NCBI GenBank assembly: GCA_963782055.1
Contig: CAWAIF010000003.1
Location: 6,560,001-6,624,000, forward strand
DNA: 64,000 nt
Source: an uncultured delta proteobacterium
GTDB lineage: Bacteria; Myxococcota_A; Polyangia; Polyangiales; Polyangiaceae
Direction of reading: 5' to 3'
Below are positions 1-9,792 of this stretch, in pieces. Under the pieces are notes generated by a model. The model did no database searches, was not told the origin of the DNA, and was given only the letters and a program-made list of their open reading frames with translations. The translations under genes were made by a program, and so were the position numbers. Numbering within the stretch: the first letter of the stretch is position 1; each line of letters begins with the position of its first letter.

Positions 1-2
1 GC

Positions 3-2021
3 CACGTCCTCGACGGCAAGTACCGCATCGAATCGGTCGTCGGCGAGGGGGGCTTCGGCGTCGTCTACCGGGCGACGCACATGGGTTTCGAGCAGGCCGT
101 GGCGGTCAAGTGCCTGAAGCTGAAGAAGGGGCTCGACCCGGAGGTCCACGACGAGTTTCTCCGCAAGTTCATCGCCGAGGGGCGGCTGCTCCACCAGCTC
201 TCCCGCGCGACGGCGGACGTGGTGCAGGCGCTGGACGTGGGCGTGGCGACCTCGCCGAAGGGCATCGAGACGCCGTTCCTCGTCCTCGAGTGGCTGGACG
301 GCACCACACTCGACCGCGAGCTGCGCGCGCGGCGCGGCAAGAAGGCCACGATCGACGAGGCGCTGGACCTGCTGGAGCCCGCCGCCCGCGGCCTCGCGGT
401 GGCCCACGAGCAGGGCGTGTCGCACCGCGACGTGAAGCCGGGCAACATCATGCTCACCGGCGTGGGCAGCCGCCTCACGCTCAAGGTGGTGGACTTCGGC
501 ATCGCCAAGATGCCCGACGACGCCACCACCGAGGTCGGCCCCTTCGACAACATCGGCTCCGGCATGCAGGCGTTCACCCCGCGCTACGGCGCGCCGGAGC
601 AGTTCAGCCGCAAGTACGGCGCGACCGGTCCGTGGACGGACGTGTACGCCCTGGCGCTGCTCTTCGTGGAGGTGGTGACGGGCGCGCCCGCGCTGGACGG
701 CGACGACCCGGTGCAGCTCTACGTGGAGACGAGCGACGTGCAGCGCCGGCCGACGCTGCGCACGCGCGGCGCGGAGGTGAGCGACGCGGTGGAGGCGGTG
801 CTCGCGCACGCCCTCACCGTCGACCCGCGGCAGCGCTACCGCGACGCCGGCGAGTTCTGGGACGCGCTGCGCACAGCGGCGGCGGAGGGCGGCGACCGCC
901 CGAGGATCAAGAGCGTGCGGCCCCCGGCCATCTCGCGGCCGGAGAAGCCCGCCTTCGACCGCGAGGCGACCGACACCGATCGCGCGACGGCGAGCGGGCC
1001 GCAGACCGGCCCGCACACATCGACGGGCACGGGCACCATCACCGTCTTGCTGCGCGAGCAGCGCAAGCGCAAGGTGGTCTGGATCGGCGCGATCGTCGCG
1101 ACCGCGCTCGTCGTCACCATCGGCTTCTTCGGGATGCGCAAGGCGGAGAAGGTGGAGGACGCCGCGTACCATGGCGCCGCGTCCGCGTCCGGCTCCGTGG
1201 TGGCGCCCCCGCCCAGCGTGGCGAGCGCGGCGCCTCGGCCGAGCGTCCCGCCCGCGCCCGTCGTCGACGCGTCGCTCGCGGTGACCGTTCCCCCGGGGAT
1301 GGTGCTGGTGCCCGGCGGCACCTTCACGATGGGCAGCGACGGCGACAGCAAGTCGGAGCGCCCCGCGCACCCCGTCACCCTCACCCACTCCTTCTTCATC
1401 GACAAGACCGAGGTGACGGCCGCGGAGTACGGCGCGTGCATGAAGTCCCGCGCCTGCACCCACACGCGCATGATCACCGCCGACGCCAAGGGCCGCACGC
1501 ACGCGACCAACTCGCCCACGTGCAACCGCCCCTACGACCGCAACTACGCGCGGCAGCCGATCAACTGCGTGACGTACGCGCAGGCGGCGGCGTACTGCAA
1601 GCACGTGGGCAAGCGGCTGCCGACGGAGGCGGAGTGGGAGTACGCCGCGCGCGGCACCGACGGCCGGGAGTACCCGTGGGGCAACGCCCCCGCGAAGACG
1701 TGTCGGCAGGCCATCTCCGGCGGCGCCGAGGGCGCGTGCGGCGGCCGCAAGGGCACCTTCGAGGTGGGCACGACGGTCGACGGGGTGAGCCCCTTCGGCC
1801 TGTTCGACACCTCCGGCAACGTCTGGGAGTGGGTGGTGGACGACTACGCCGCCTTCTCCCCCGGCGCCGTCACCGACCCGCTGCTCCCCCCGCGCGGCGC
1901 GAAGGGCGTCATCCGTGGCGGCTCGTGGGACTACTCCGGCGCCGCCGACCGTGTCACCGCGCGCATGGGCCTGGACCGCGACTTCGCCCTGAACAACGTC
2001 GGCTTCCGCTGCGCGAAGTAG
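3..2021 (+). CDS. Hanks-type Ser/Thr protein kinase with transmembrane helix and C-terminal FGE-sulfatase (SUMF1-like) domain; 5' end lies outside the window
   Basis: The frame is open from position 3 (HVLDGKYRIESVVGEGGFGVVY, Gly loop). Kinase motifs VAVK, HRDVKPGN, DFG and APE; hydrophobic TM; FGE motifs FTMGS, RLPTEAEWEYAARG, GNVWEW and GFRC. Confidence 0.93.
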   Translation, partial: HVLDGKYRIESVVGEGGFGVVYRATHMGFEQAVAVKCLKLKKGLDPEVHDEFLRKFIAEGRLLHQLSRATADVVQALDVGVATSPKGIETPFLVLEWLDGTTLDRELRARRGKKATIDEALDLLEPAARGLAVAHEQGVSHRDVKPGNIMLTGVGSRLTLKVVDFGIAKMPDDATTEVGPFDNIGSGMQAFTPRYGAPEQFSRKYGATGPWTDVYALALLFVEVVTGAPALDGDDPVQLYVETSDVQRRPTLRTRGAEVSDAVEAVLAHALTVDPRQRYRDAGEFWDALRTAAAEGGDRPRIKSVRPPAISRPEKPAFDREATDTDRATASGPQTGPHTSTGTGTITVLLREQRKRKVVWIGAIVATALVVTIGFFGMRKAEKVEDAAYHGAASASGSVVAPPPSVASAAPRPSVPPAPVVDASLAVTVPPGMVLVPGGTFTMGSDGDSKSERPAHPVTLTHSFFIDKTEVTAAEYGACMKSRACTHTRMITADAKGRTHATNSPTCNRPYDRNYARQPINCVTYAQAAAYCKHVGKRLPTEAEWEYAARGTDGREYPWGNAPAKTCRQAISGGAEGACGGRKGTFEVGTTVDGVSPFGLFDTSGNVWEWVVDDYAAFSPGAVTDPLLPPRGAKGVIRGGSWDYSGAADRVTARMGLDRDFALNNVGFRCAK

Positions 2022-2034
2022 CCTCACCCCCCGG

Positions 2035-2061
2035 CCCCCTCTCCCTACGAGGGAGAGGGGG
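2035..2061. terminator. REP-like GC-rich hairpin between convergent genes
   Basis: CCCCCTCTCCCT-ACG-AGGGAGAGGGGG, a perfect 12-bp stem, flanked by CTCACCCCC(C)GGCCCC direct repeats; no U-tract. Confidence 0.55.
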
Positions 2062-2090
2062 AGGAAGAGCTCACCCCCGGCCCCGTCCGG

Positions 2091-4139
2091 TCAGTCGCCC
2101 GGGCAGGGGGTGCCGAGGGGGGCGGGCGCCGGGATGGTGGCGACGCCGGTCTTGAAGAAGGTCTCGTGGAAGCAGCCGTACTGGTACTTCACCGCGTCGA
2201 GCTGGCGGTAGATGGCGTGCGCGTCGGCGACGCCGTCGCCGTTGTACTGGATGATGGCGCCGGTGTACTTGGTGCCGTCCGCGCTGGTGAGATCCTGCGA
2301 GACCGGGTACGGCAGGATGCCGTCCAGCCCGACGAGCTTGAGCGCGTCCTGCATGGATGACCACACCTCGTCTCCCGCCTCCTTGTGCCCGTAGGCGAGC
2401 GCCGCGCCGTCGTAGATGGGAATGGGGAAGTACGGATCGTCCTTGCCGGCGATCTCGTAGATGGACCGCACCGGCGCGCCGGGCAGCGGCATGCGCGCCA
2501 CGCGCGGCATGTAGACGTACGGCTCCGCCGGCTCCCACGCGGTCTCCAGCAAGCTGAGCGTCGGGTGGAGGTAGGTCAGCGGCTGCGTGCCGAGCAGCGC
2601 GCGGAGCTGGCCGGCGGCGCCGGGGATGATGGTGGTGAGCAGCACCTGGTAGGCCCAGAAGCCGCCGGCCCCCGTGGGCACCGCCTCCTTGATGCGCGGG
2701 TCCACGGCGCTCACCAGGTTGGTGTACATGCCCCCCATCGACTGCCCCTGCGCGCCGAGGCGGGAGGTGTCGAAGTGGTAGGTGCTGGCGCCGTTGGGCA
2801 GCGAGATCTTGCTGCATCCGGAGACCGAGGTGGGATCGATCTGGATCGAGGCCAGCGCCGAGATGAACATGCGCTGCTCGATCACCCCCTGCCGGAAGAT
2901 GTCGCGAAAGGACGCCGGGTTGTTGAAGTTGAGGTACGCGAGCTCCGGCGCGCCGGGCACGCGCTCCGGGTTCACCGGCAGGGCGCTGCCCGCCATCGCG
3001 AAGCCGTGAGGCGCCATCACGTACGACGGCCCCTGCCCGGGGATGCCCACCTCGTCGGTCGGGCTCTGCAGCGGGCCGGAGTCGATCACCGAGGTGCTGA
3101 GGCCGCCGGACCCGTGGAAGTACACGATGAGCGGATAGCCGTTGGCCGGCATCGGCTCGTTGGGCAGCGAGATGGCGATGGGGGCGTCCTCGTCGCGCTG
3201 GTGGACGGGCAGGCCGTCGGGGCCCATCTGGAAGAGGCCGCCGGTGTCGAAGAGGGGTGTGCCCGTCTGGAACTGCGGGTAGGTGACCTTGCCGAGCACC
3301 TCGCAGAAGCGTCCCTGATCGCCGCCCTGCGGGACGTGCAGATCGGTGATCTGCACCGAGTACTTGGCGATGACCTTGGTCGATAGGTCGGCGAGATCCT
3401 GCACCACGTCCCCCGTCGTGAAGACGGTGGCGGCGGCGACGTCGGCGGGATCGAGGCCGTCCTGCCGGAGCGTCTTCCAGAGCGGCTCGTAGACCTTCCA
3501 CGCGGCGAGCTCCGGATCGCCGGCCGGCGCCTCGAGTGCCTGCAGGTCGGTGAAGGCCTGCGGCGCGGCGAGCGGCTTGCCCGCGGCGTCGTCGAGCTTC
3601 TTCATCACCACGAAGGCGTACTTGCGCGACTGGTGCAGGATGAAGCCGGGGCGCGCGGAGACGGCGAGCACGTCGTCCGGCAGGTAGCGGTCGGCGTCGA
3701 GCGTCTGCGCGACCACGGGCAGGAGCTTGCCGCGGTCGGGCGACTGCTCGTCGACATCCATCAGCAAGAGAGGCGACGAGGCGTCGGCGGCGATGACGAC
3801 GTTCGGATCCTGCGCGGTCACCGGGGCGGTGAAGCGGAAGTAGGCGACCGGGATCTGCGGGAAGCCCTTGCGGTCCCCCGCGATGCCCTTCAGCCCGTCG
3901 ATGAGCCCGAGCGCCAGGCTGTTGGGGAAGCCGCGCACGTCGGGCGTCCCCTCCGGCGTGAGGCGCAGGTCGCTGGGGTAGGGGATCGCGTAGAAGGAGC
4001 TCGGGTCCCCGGGGTCGGTCTGCGTCACGTCGGCGTGCAGGTCGAAGTAGACCATCGTGCCGGTGGGGGCGGGCGCGGCGGTGGAGGAGCACTGCACGGC
4101 GACGGGGAGCAAGGCGAGGAGAAGAAGACGGAGGCGCAT
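2091..4139 (-). CDS. Secreted/lipoprotein alpha/beta-hydrolase-fold protein with an N-terminal Ig-like region
   Basis: Start re-set to MRLRLLLLALLPVAVQC (signal peptide plus Cys). HGSGG oxyanion-like motif and GQSMGG nucleophile elbow. The ORF-track extension to 5165 is antisense to recD2. Confidence 0.75.
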   Translation of the reverse strand: MRLRLLLLALLPVAVQCSSTAAPAPTGTMVYFDLHADVTQTDPGDPSSFYAIPYPSDLRLTPEGTPDVRGFPNSLALGLIDGLKGIAGDRKGFPQIPVAYFRFTAPVTAQDPNVVIAADASSPLLLMDVDEQSPDRGKLLPVVAQTLDADRYLPDDVLAVSARPGFILHQSRKYAFVVMKKLDDAAGKPLAAPQAFTDLQALEAPAGDPELAAWKVYEPLWKTLRQDGLDPADVAAATVFTTGDVVQDLADLSTKVIAKYSVQITDLHVPQGGDQGRFCEVLGKVTYPQFQTGTPLFDTGGLFQMGPDGLPVHQRDEDAPIAISLPNEPMPANGYPLIVYFHGSGGLSTSVIDSGPLQSPTDEVGIPGQGPSYVMAPHGFAMAGSALPVNPERVPGAPELAYLNFNNPASFRDIFRQGVIEQRMFISALASIQIDPTSVSGCSKISLPNGASTYHFDTSRLGAQGQSMGGMYTNLVSAVDPRIKEAVPTGAGGFWAYQVLLTTIIPGAAGQLRALLGTQPLTYLHPTLSLLETAWEPAEPYVYMPRVARMPLPGAPVRSIYEIAGKDDPYFPIPIYDGAALAYGHKEAGDEVWSSMQDALKLVGLDGILPYPVSQDLTSADGTKYTGAIIQYNGDGVADAHAIYRQLDAVKYQYGCFHETFFKTGVATIPAPAPLGTPCPGD

Positions 4140-4253
4140 CGAAGCGCAACCTAGCAAATTCACGCCCCGGCGGGATCTTCTCCTCCTCTCCTTCCAGGAA
4201 GAGGGCAAAGGGGACAGGGGAAGGGCAGCGGCCGATGGGCTAGGGTGCGGGCC

Positions 4254-6425
4254 GTGCCGGACGGGGAGATGGTGTTCGAGGGAGAGGTCCTGCGGGTGAC
4301 CTTCGAGAGCGCGGGATCGAGCTTCCGCGTCATCAAGGTGGCGGTCGAGGGGCAGCGCGACCCGGTGGCGGTCATCGGACACTTCCCCCCCGTCACCGCC
4401 GGCGCCCGGGTCCGGGTGCGCGGGGTCCGCGAGAGCGACAGCCGGCACGGCGATCAGGTGCGCGCCCTCAGCCTGACCGAGCTCGCCCCGGCCACGCTCA
4501 AGGGGCTGCAGCGCTACCTCGCCTCCGGGGCCATCAAGGGCGTGGGGCCCAAGACGGCGGAGCGCATCGTGGGTCGCTTCGGGATGGATGCGCTGCGGGT
4601 GCTGGACGATCAGCCGGAGCGGCTGAAGGAGATCACCGGCCTGGGCCACCGCAAGGCGGAGCAGATCGCCACCGGGTGGCAGGAGCAGCGCGGGGCGCGC
4701 GAGGTGATGGTGCTGCTGCAGGGCTACGGGGTCTCCCCCGCCCTCGCCCACCGCATCCACAAGAAGTACGGCGCGGAGGCGACCGTCGTCGTGTCGCAGC
4801 AGCCGTACCGCCTGGCGATGGAGGTCCGCGGCATCGGCTTTCTCACCGCCGACAAGATCGCGCAGGAGCTCGGGATCGCGAGGGACGCACCGGAGCGCCT
4901 GCAGGCGGGCGTGCTTCACGCGCTGCTGGAGCTGACCGACGCCGGTCACGTCATGACCCCCCACGAGCCGCTGCTGGAGAAGGCCGCCGCGCTCCTCCGC
5001 CACGACGAGCGGGATGGCCTGGAGCACGCGCTGCGCGCGCTGGTGATGTCCGGCTACGTCGTGCGCGAGGTGATGCACGACGCGACGGTGTACTTCACGC
5101 GCGACATGCACACCCACGAGCTGCGGCTCGCCGGACGCCTGCTGGAGCTGCAGGCCGCGCGCCACGCCGAGCTACGAGGCGCCGCGGCGGCGATCGCGCG
5201 GTTCGAGAAGCAGACGGGCGTGATCCTCGCGCCGGAGCAGCGGGAGGCGGTCGAGCTCGCCGCGCGTTCCCCGGTGCTGGTCGTGACCGGCGGGCCGGGT
5301 GTGGGCAAGACGACCATCGTGCGCGCGCTGCTGGCCCTCTTCGACGAGGGTCTGGTGCCGGTGCGCCTCGCCGCGCCCACCGGCCGGGCCGCCAAGCGGA
5401 TGCACGAGACCACCGGTCGCGAGGCGCAGACCATCCACCGGCTCTTGGAGATCGACCCCAGGCGCGGCGTCTTCCAGCGCGACGCCGCGCGGCCGGTGGA
5501 CGCGGGCACGGTCATCGTCGACGAGGCGTCGATGGTGGACCTGCCCCTCGCCGACGCCCTCACCCAGGCCATCGCCCCCGGCACGCGGCTGCTGCTCGTC
5601 GGCGACGTCGACCAGCTCCCCAGCGTGGGCCCGGGCGCGGTGCTGCGCGACGTCATCGCGTCGGGCGCGGTGCCTGTCGTACGCCTGCGCCACATCTTCC
5701 GCCAGGCGCGCGAGAGCCTCATCGTGCAGAACGCGCACCGCATCAACGCGGGGATGGCGCCGCTCGCCTCGCGCGACGCCGACGCCGACTTCTTCGTCAT
5801 CGAGCGCAAGGATCCGGACGCCGCCCGCGCGACGGTGCTGGAGCTGGTCAAGGAGCGCATCCCCCGCCGCTTCGGCCTCGACCCGGTCCGCGACGTGCAG
5901 GTGCTCACCCCCATGCACCGCGGCGACGCCGGCGCGACGGCGCTGAACGAGTCGCTCCAGAACGCCCTCAACCCGCACGGCCGGGAGGTCGTGCGGCCGC
6001 CCGGCGCGCGCGTCTTCAAGGTGGGCGACAAGGTGATGCAGCTCCGCAACAACTACGACAAGGAGGTCTACAACGGCGACGTCGGCTTCATCGTGGGCAC
6101 CGGCGGCGAGGAGGGGCGCGAGCTCGTCGTGCGCTTCGACGACCGGGACGTGACCTTCGCGCCGAACGAGCAGAGCGATCTGGTGCTCGCCTACGCCTGC
6201 ACCATCCACAAGGCGCAGGGCAGCGAGTATCCGGCGGTGGTGGTCGTCATGCTGTCCAGCCACTTCGTGATGCTCTCGAAGAACCTGCTCTACACCGCGG
6301 TGACGCGGGCGAAGCGGCTGCTCGTCCTGGTGAGCGACGCCCGGGCGGTCGGGCTGGCGCTCAAGGAGGAGCGGCGCAACGATCGCCGGTCCAGGCTGGC
6401 GGAGAGGCTGGCCGGGACCGCCTGA
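4254..6425 (+). CDS. recD2: ATP-dependent RecD2-like SF1B DNA helicase
   Basis: N-terminal OB-like region and HhH motifs (IKGVGPKTA, ITGLG); Walker A GGPGVGKT; DEASM, GDVDQLPSVGPG, TIHKAQGSEY and LLYTAVTRAK. Start placed at the GTG 7 nt after TAGGGT. Confidence 0.93.
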   Translation: MPDGEMVFEGEVLRVTFESAGSSFRVIKVAVEGQRDPVAVIGHFPPVTAGARVRVRGVRESDSRHGDQVRALSLTELAPATLKGLQRYLASGAIKGVGPKTAERIVGRFGMDALRVLDDQPERLKEITGLGHRKAEQIATGWQEQRGAREVMVLLQGYGVSPALAHRIHKKYGAEATVVVSQQPYRLAMEVRGIGFLTADKIAQELGIARDAPERLQAGVLHALLELTDAGHVMTPHEPLLEKAAALLRHDERDGLEHALRALVMSGYVVREVMHDATVYFTRDMHTHELRLAGRLLELQAARHAELRGAAAAIARFEKQTGVILAPEQREAVELAARSPVLVVTGGPGVGKTTIVRALLALFDEGLVPVRLAAPTGRAAKRMHETTGREAQTIHRLLEIDPRRGVFQRDAARPVDAGTVIVDEASMVDLPLADALTQAIAPGTRLLLVGDVDQLPSVGPGAVLRDVIASGAVPVVRLRHIFRQARESLIVQNAHRINAGMAPLASRDADADFFVIERKDPDAARATVLELVKERIPRRFGLDPVRDVQVLTPMHRGDAGATALNESLQNALNPHGREVVRPPGARVFKVGDKVMQLRNNYDKEVYNGDVGFIVGTGGEEGRELVVRFDDRDVTFAPNEQSDLVLAYACTIHKAQGSEYPAVVVVMLSSHFVMLSKNLLYTAVTRAKRLLVLVSDARAVGLALKEERRNDRRSRLAERLAGTA

Positions 6426-6554
6426 GCTCGCCAGCGCCTGGCACGGGCAGCTCGCTCGGAGCCGGGCCTGTGAAGAAGTCGCTGGGGCGGGCGGGAATGA
6501 AGAGCACCCCGTTGACGTAAGCCCGAAGGGCCCTCAGGCTAGGTTGGAACCCAA

Positions 6555-7109
6555 ATGATCAAACGCCTCCTCTATGGCCTCGTGTTCGGCCTCTTCGTGG
6601 GCGCCATCGTCGCCGCGGCCATCATCAAGGGGCTGGGGATGCTCTCCTTCGCGGGCACGAGCGGGGCCGTGCTGGCCTACGTCTTCGCCGCGGTCACCGG
6701 CGTCCTGGTCGGGCTCGTCGCCGGCAAGCCCATCTGGGCGTCCGGCGGGCAGATCGAGGCGGGGCTCAAGGCCTTCTTCGGCGCGCTCCTGGCGTCGGGC
6801 GCCATGTTCGTGCTCCGCCGCTGGGTCCACATCGATCTGGACCTCCACGGCATGGGCGCCGGGCCGGACCTCCCCACCGCCGTCGGCTACCTGCCGGCGG
6901 TCTCTCTCCCGCTCATCTCGGCCGTCCTGGGCGCCTTCTACGAGGCGGACAACACGCCGGAGCCGGCAGGGGAGAAGGGCAAGGACGCCAGGGACGAGAA
7001 GGCGGCCGCGGGCGGGAAGAAGAACGCCAAGCTGCGCGTCGCCGCCGGCGCGGGCGACGACGACGCGCTGGAAGAGGACGAGGCGCCGGCGAAGAAGGCG
7101 AAGAAGTAG
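6555..7109 (+). CDS. Hypothetical membrane protein (about 4 TM helices, charged C-terminal tail)
   Basis: Hydrophobic segments and GC3-biased codons. Confidence 0.8.
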   Translation: MIKRLLYGLVFGLFVGAIVAAAIIKGLGMLSFAGTSGAVLAYVFAAVTGVLVGLVAGKPIWASGGQIEAGLKAFFGALLASGAMFVLRRWVHIDLDLHGMGAGPDLPTAVGYLPAVSLPLISAVLGAFYEADNTPEPAGEKGKDARDEKAAAGGKKNAKLRVAAGAGDDDALEEDEAPAKKAKK

Positions 7110-7133
7110 CGGGGGAGGCGCGCCGCGGCCCCC

Positions 7134-7181
7134 AGCCCGAAGTCTGGAGCCCGGAGCCGCGAAACGAGCCGGAGGGCGAGT
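7134..7181. repeat. Dispersed intergenic repeat, copy 1 (heptamer array plus CGAGCCGGAGGGCGAGT)
   Basis: Similar to 44374-44436; both copies lie just past the stop codon of a minus-strand gene. Confidence 0.6.
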
Positions 7182-7186
7182 GTCGC

Positions 7187-8461
7187 TCAGAAGTCGTAGC
7201 CCAGCTCGTAGACGCCCTTCCCGTCCGCCAGCGAGAGCACGTAGAGCGCGGTCCACGACGAGTAGTACACGCGCCCCGCCTCGATGGTGATGCCCTGGTC
7301 CACCTGGGACGCGGTGTGCACCTGCACGTCCCACTGCCGAGCCCCCGTGCGTCCGTCGAAGCACGCCATGCGCACGCCCTTCTTGCCGTGGGTCATGCTG
7401 TAGGGGATGACGACCTTCTGGCCGTCGGACGCGGCCAGCACCGTCGTGACGTTGATGTCCGTCTCGAGTGGATCGACGCCCGGGATGATCTCCTTCCAGA
7501 GCACCTCGCCGTTCTCCACCGCGGCCACCATCCCCACGCTCGTGCCCTTCTCCCTCGACCCGATCATGAAGCTGAGGCCGGGCTTGGTCGGGACGAGCGC
7601 GCGGTACGCGGACATGCCCGGGATGCTGTGCAGCTCCGGCAGGTCGTGCTCGCGGAAATCGGCCCAGTCGACGAGCTCGTAGCGCGGCGTGGCGCCGCGT
7701 GTCTGGTAGACAGGCGTGCACTCCGGGCGCCTCTTGCCGTGCAGGTCGACCGCGCTCTTCTTCCCGGTCGCCAGGTCGAAGCGCGTGAAGGTGTCGTCGG
7801 CGGCCTCGATGATCACCGAGGCCCCATCGGCGCAGAAGCTGGCGGCCTTGTCGCCCAGCAGCCCCGACCACGCGGGCGTGCCGTTGGCGATGCGCGTCGC
7901 CTGCACCTTGCCCACGTCGTCGACGGCGACGAGCAGGTTGCCGACGAGGGCGCGCTTTCCGTCGAACGCCTCCTTCGGCGCGGGCGGCGCCTTCCAGAGC
8001 TGCTTCCCCGTCGCACCCTCGAACGCCGCCAGGTAGTGCGTCTTGCTCCCCGAGTCGCAGTGGCCCACCACGTCGGGGACGCCGTCGCCGTTCACGTCGG
8101 CGAGCATGGGCGTGTCGTCGAAGCTCCAGCTCTGCGCGAAGAGACCGCCAGAGCCCCCGGAGCCACCGGAGGTGGCGTCCGTGGCCAGCGACGCGCTGCG
8201 GACCGATGCGAGCAGGCCCACCACTGCGCCGCCCACGGCGATCACCACCGGGAGGATCCACACGGCGGGGGAGGGGCCGCGCGCGGGCACACGCACCACC
8301 ATCATGGGCGGACCGCCGAAGTTGCTCGGCGGGAGCGGGCGCCTGCCCTGCTGCACCTGCGCGAGCGTGCCGCAGTAGGAGCAGCGGATCTCGGTCACGC
8401 CGCGGCGAACCTCCACGGGAGCGCCGCACTTGGGGCATACCGATGTGTCGAGCTTCGCCAT
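7187..8461 (-). CDS. Zinc-ribbon / TM / PQQ-like beta-propeller protein
   Basis: CPKCG...CSYCG, then a TM helix, a DVNGDGVPD Ca-binding-like loop and repeated ATGKxLW / TGARQW propeller motifs. Confidence 0.75.
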   Translation of the reverse strand: MAKLDTSVCPKCGAPVEVRRGVTEIRCSYCGTLAQVQQGRRPLPPSNFGGPPMMVVRVPARGPSPAVWILPVVIAVGGAVVGLLASVRSASLATDATSGGSGGSGGLFAQSWSFDDTPMLADVNGDGVPDVVGHCDSGSKTHYLAAFEGATGKQLWKAPPAPKEAFDGKRALVGNLLVAVDDVGKVQATRIANGTPAWSGLLGDKAASFCADGASVIIEAADDTFTRFDLATGKKSAVDLHGKRRPECTPVYQTRGATPRYELVDWADFREHDLPELHSIPGMSAYRALVPTKPGLSFMIGSREKGTSVGMVAAVENGEVLWKEIIPGVDPLETDINVTTVLAASDGQKVVIPYSMTHGKKGVRMACFDGRTGARQWDVQVHTASQVDQGITIEAGRVYYSSWTALYVLSLADGKGVYELGYDF

Positions 8462-8550
8462 GCGCGTCGTCAGCATACCGCGTGCGCGCCGGACGCTCCC
8501 GCGATCTCGGCGACCTTGCCAGCTTGTCGCTCCTTCACTAGAGCCGAACC

Positions 8551-9789
8551 GTGAGCGAACGAGCCGGCGGCACCGCGGGGGAGGCGGGCGCGGTCTCCCC
8601 GCGGTCGATCGCGCTGGCGCTCGCGCCGGGGACGCTGCTCGCCGGCGTCGCGGGGGGCATCGTGTTCCCCATCTTCCCGATCGTCGGGCAGCGCGTCGGA
8701 CTTTCGCTGCCCTTCATCGGCGTCATCCTCGCGGCGAACCGCGCCGTGCGCGTCGTCATCTCGCCGCTGGTCGGCGTGCTGGCGGATCGTGTCGGCGGCC
8801 GGCGGACGCTGCTGCTGGGCCTCGCCCTGCAGATCGCGGTGTTCGCGCTCTACCTCGGCGGTCTGGTGACCCACCACGAGGGCGCGGGGTTCCTCGGCGG
8901 CCGGCTGCTGCACGGTCTGGCCTCCGCCTGCGTCTTCGTCGCGGCGCAGGCCCTGGCGCTGCAGTCCGGCGGGAAGGCCCACGGCGGCGCGGCGGCGGGC
9001 GCGGTGCGCGCGTCGCTCGTCTTGGGCATCCCGGTCGGCTTCGTCGCCGGCGGGCTGCTCTCCGACGCGGCGGGCAACGTGGTGACCTTCGCGGTCGCAG
9101 GCGGCGCGGTGTGCGTCGCGCTGGTGGCGGCGTACGCGATGGTCCCCGACGTGCGCACGACCGTCACCCGGCGGCCGCCGCTCCTCGTCGCCCTGCGCGC
9201 CATGCGTGACAGGCGCCTGCTCGGCGTGGGAGGTCTGAACTTCGCGATGAGCTTCGCCGCCGGCGGGATGGTGCTGACGACGCTCGCGCTGCTCGTGGAG
9301 CGCCGGCACCTCGTGGTGTTCGGGCGCGACGCGCAGGGCACCGCCGGACTGCTCATGGGCGTGATGTCGGTCGCCGACGCCATGTTCACGCCGCTGGCCG
9401 GGCGCCTCGGCGATCGCTGGCGCGCCCACGCGCAGATCGCCGCTGTGTCGACGGGGCTCATCGCGGTCGGCCTGGTGGTCATCGCTCTCGCAACGGGCAC
9501 CGCGGGGACGGCCGCGGGCATCGCGGTGGTGGGCCTCGGCACCGCCGGGCTCGGGCCGTCGCTGCTGGTGCTCATGGGCGCGATCGTGCCGGCCGACAGG
9601 CGCGGCACCGGCGTCGGCGTGCTGCAGCTCTGCGGCGACGCGGGGGGGATGCTCGGGCCGCTCGTCGGGACCGCGCTCTTCGCCGGCAGCACCGAGGTCC
9701 CTTACCTGCTCACGGCGGCCCTGCTCCTCGGCTTCGTCCCGGTCGCCCTGTGGCTGGCGCGCATCGAGCGGCGCGCGGCCGCCCGCTGA
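8551..9789 (+). CDS. MFS transporter
   Basis: About 12 TM helices; motif A GVLADRVGGRR and a second GRLGDRW. Confidence 0.9.
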   Translation: MSERAGGTAGEAGAVSPRSIALALAPGTLLAGVAGGIVFPIFPIVGQRVGLSLPFIGVILAANRAVRVVISPLVGVLADRVGGRRTLLLGLALQIAVFALYLGGLVTHHEGAGFLGGRLLHGLASACVFVAAQALALQSGGKAHGGAAAGAVRASLVLGIPVGFVAGGLLSDAAGNVVTFAVAGGAVCVALVAAYAMVPDVRTTVTRRPPLLVALRAMRDRRLLGVGGLNFAMSFAAGGMVLTTLALLVERRHLVVFGRDAQGTAGLLMGVMSVADAMFTPLAGRLGDRWRAHAQIAAVSTGLIAVGLVVIALATGTAGTAAGIAVVGLGTAGLGPSLLVLMGAIVPADRRGTGVGVLQLCGDAGGMLGPLVGTALFAGSTEVPYLLTAALLLGFVPVALWLARIERRAAAR

Positions 9790-9792
9790 CCG

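Noticed and set aside
1300..2021. FGE/C-type-lectin-fold domain as a diversity-generating retroelement target
   Set aside because: No reverse transcriptase and no template repeat of its 3' end were seen in the window.
4140..5165. N-terminal extension of the 1024-aa ORF 2091-5165
   Set aside because: It is antisense to recD2; the real protein starts at the signal peptide at 4139.
6439..6457. TGGCACG as a sigma54 promoter
   Set aside because: The -12 GC is not at the required spacing.
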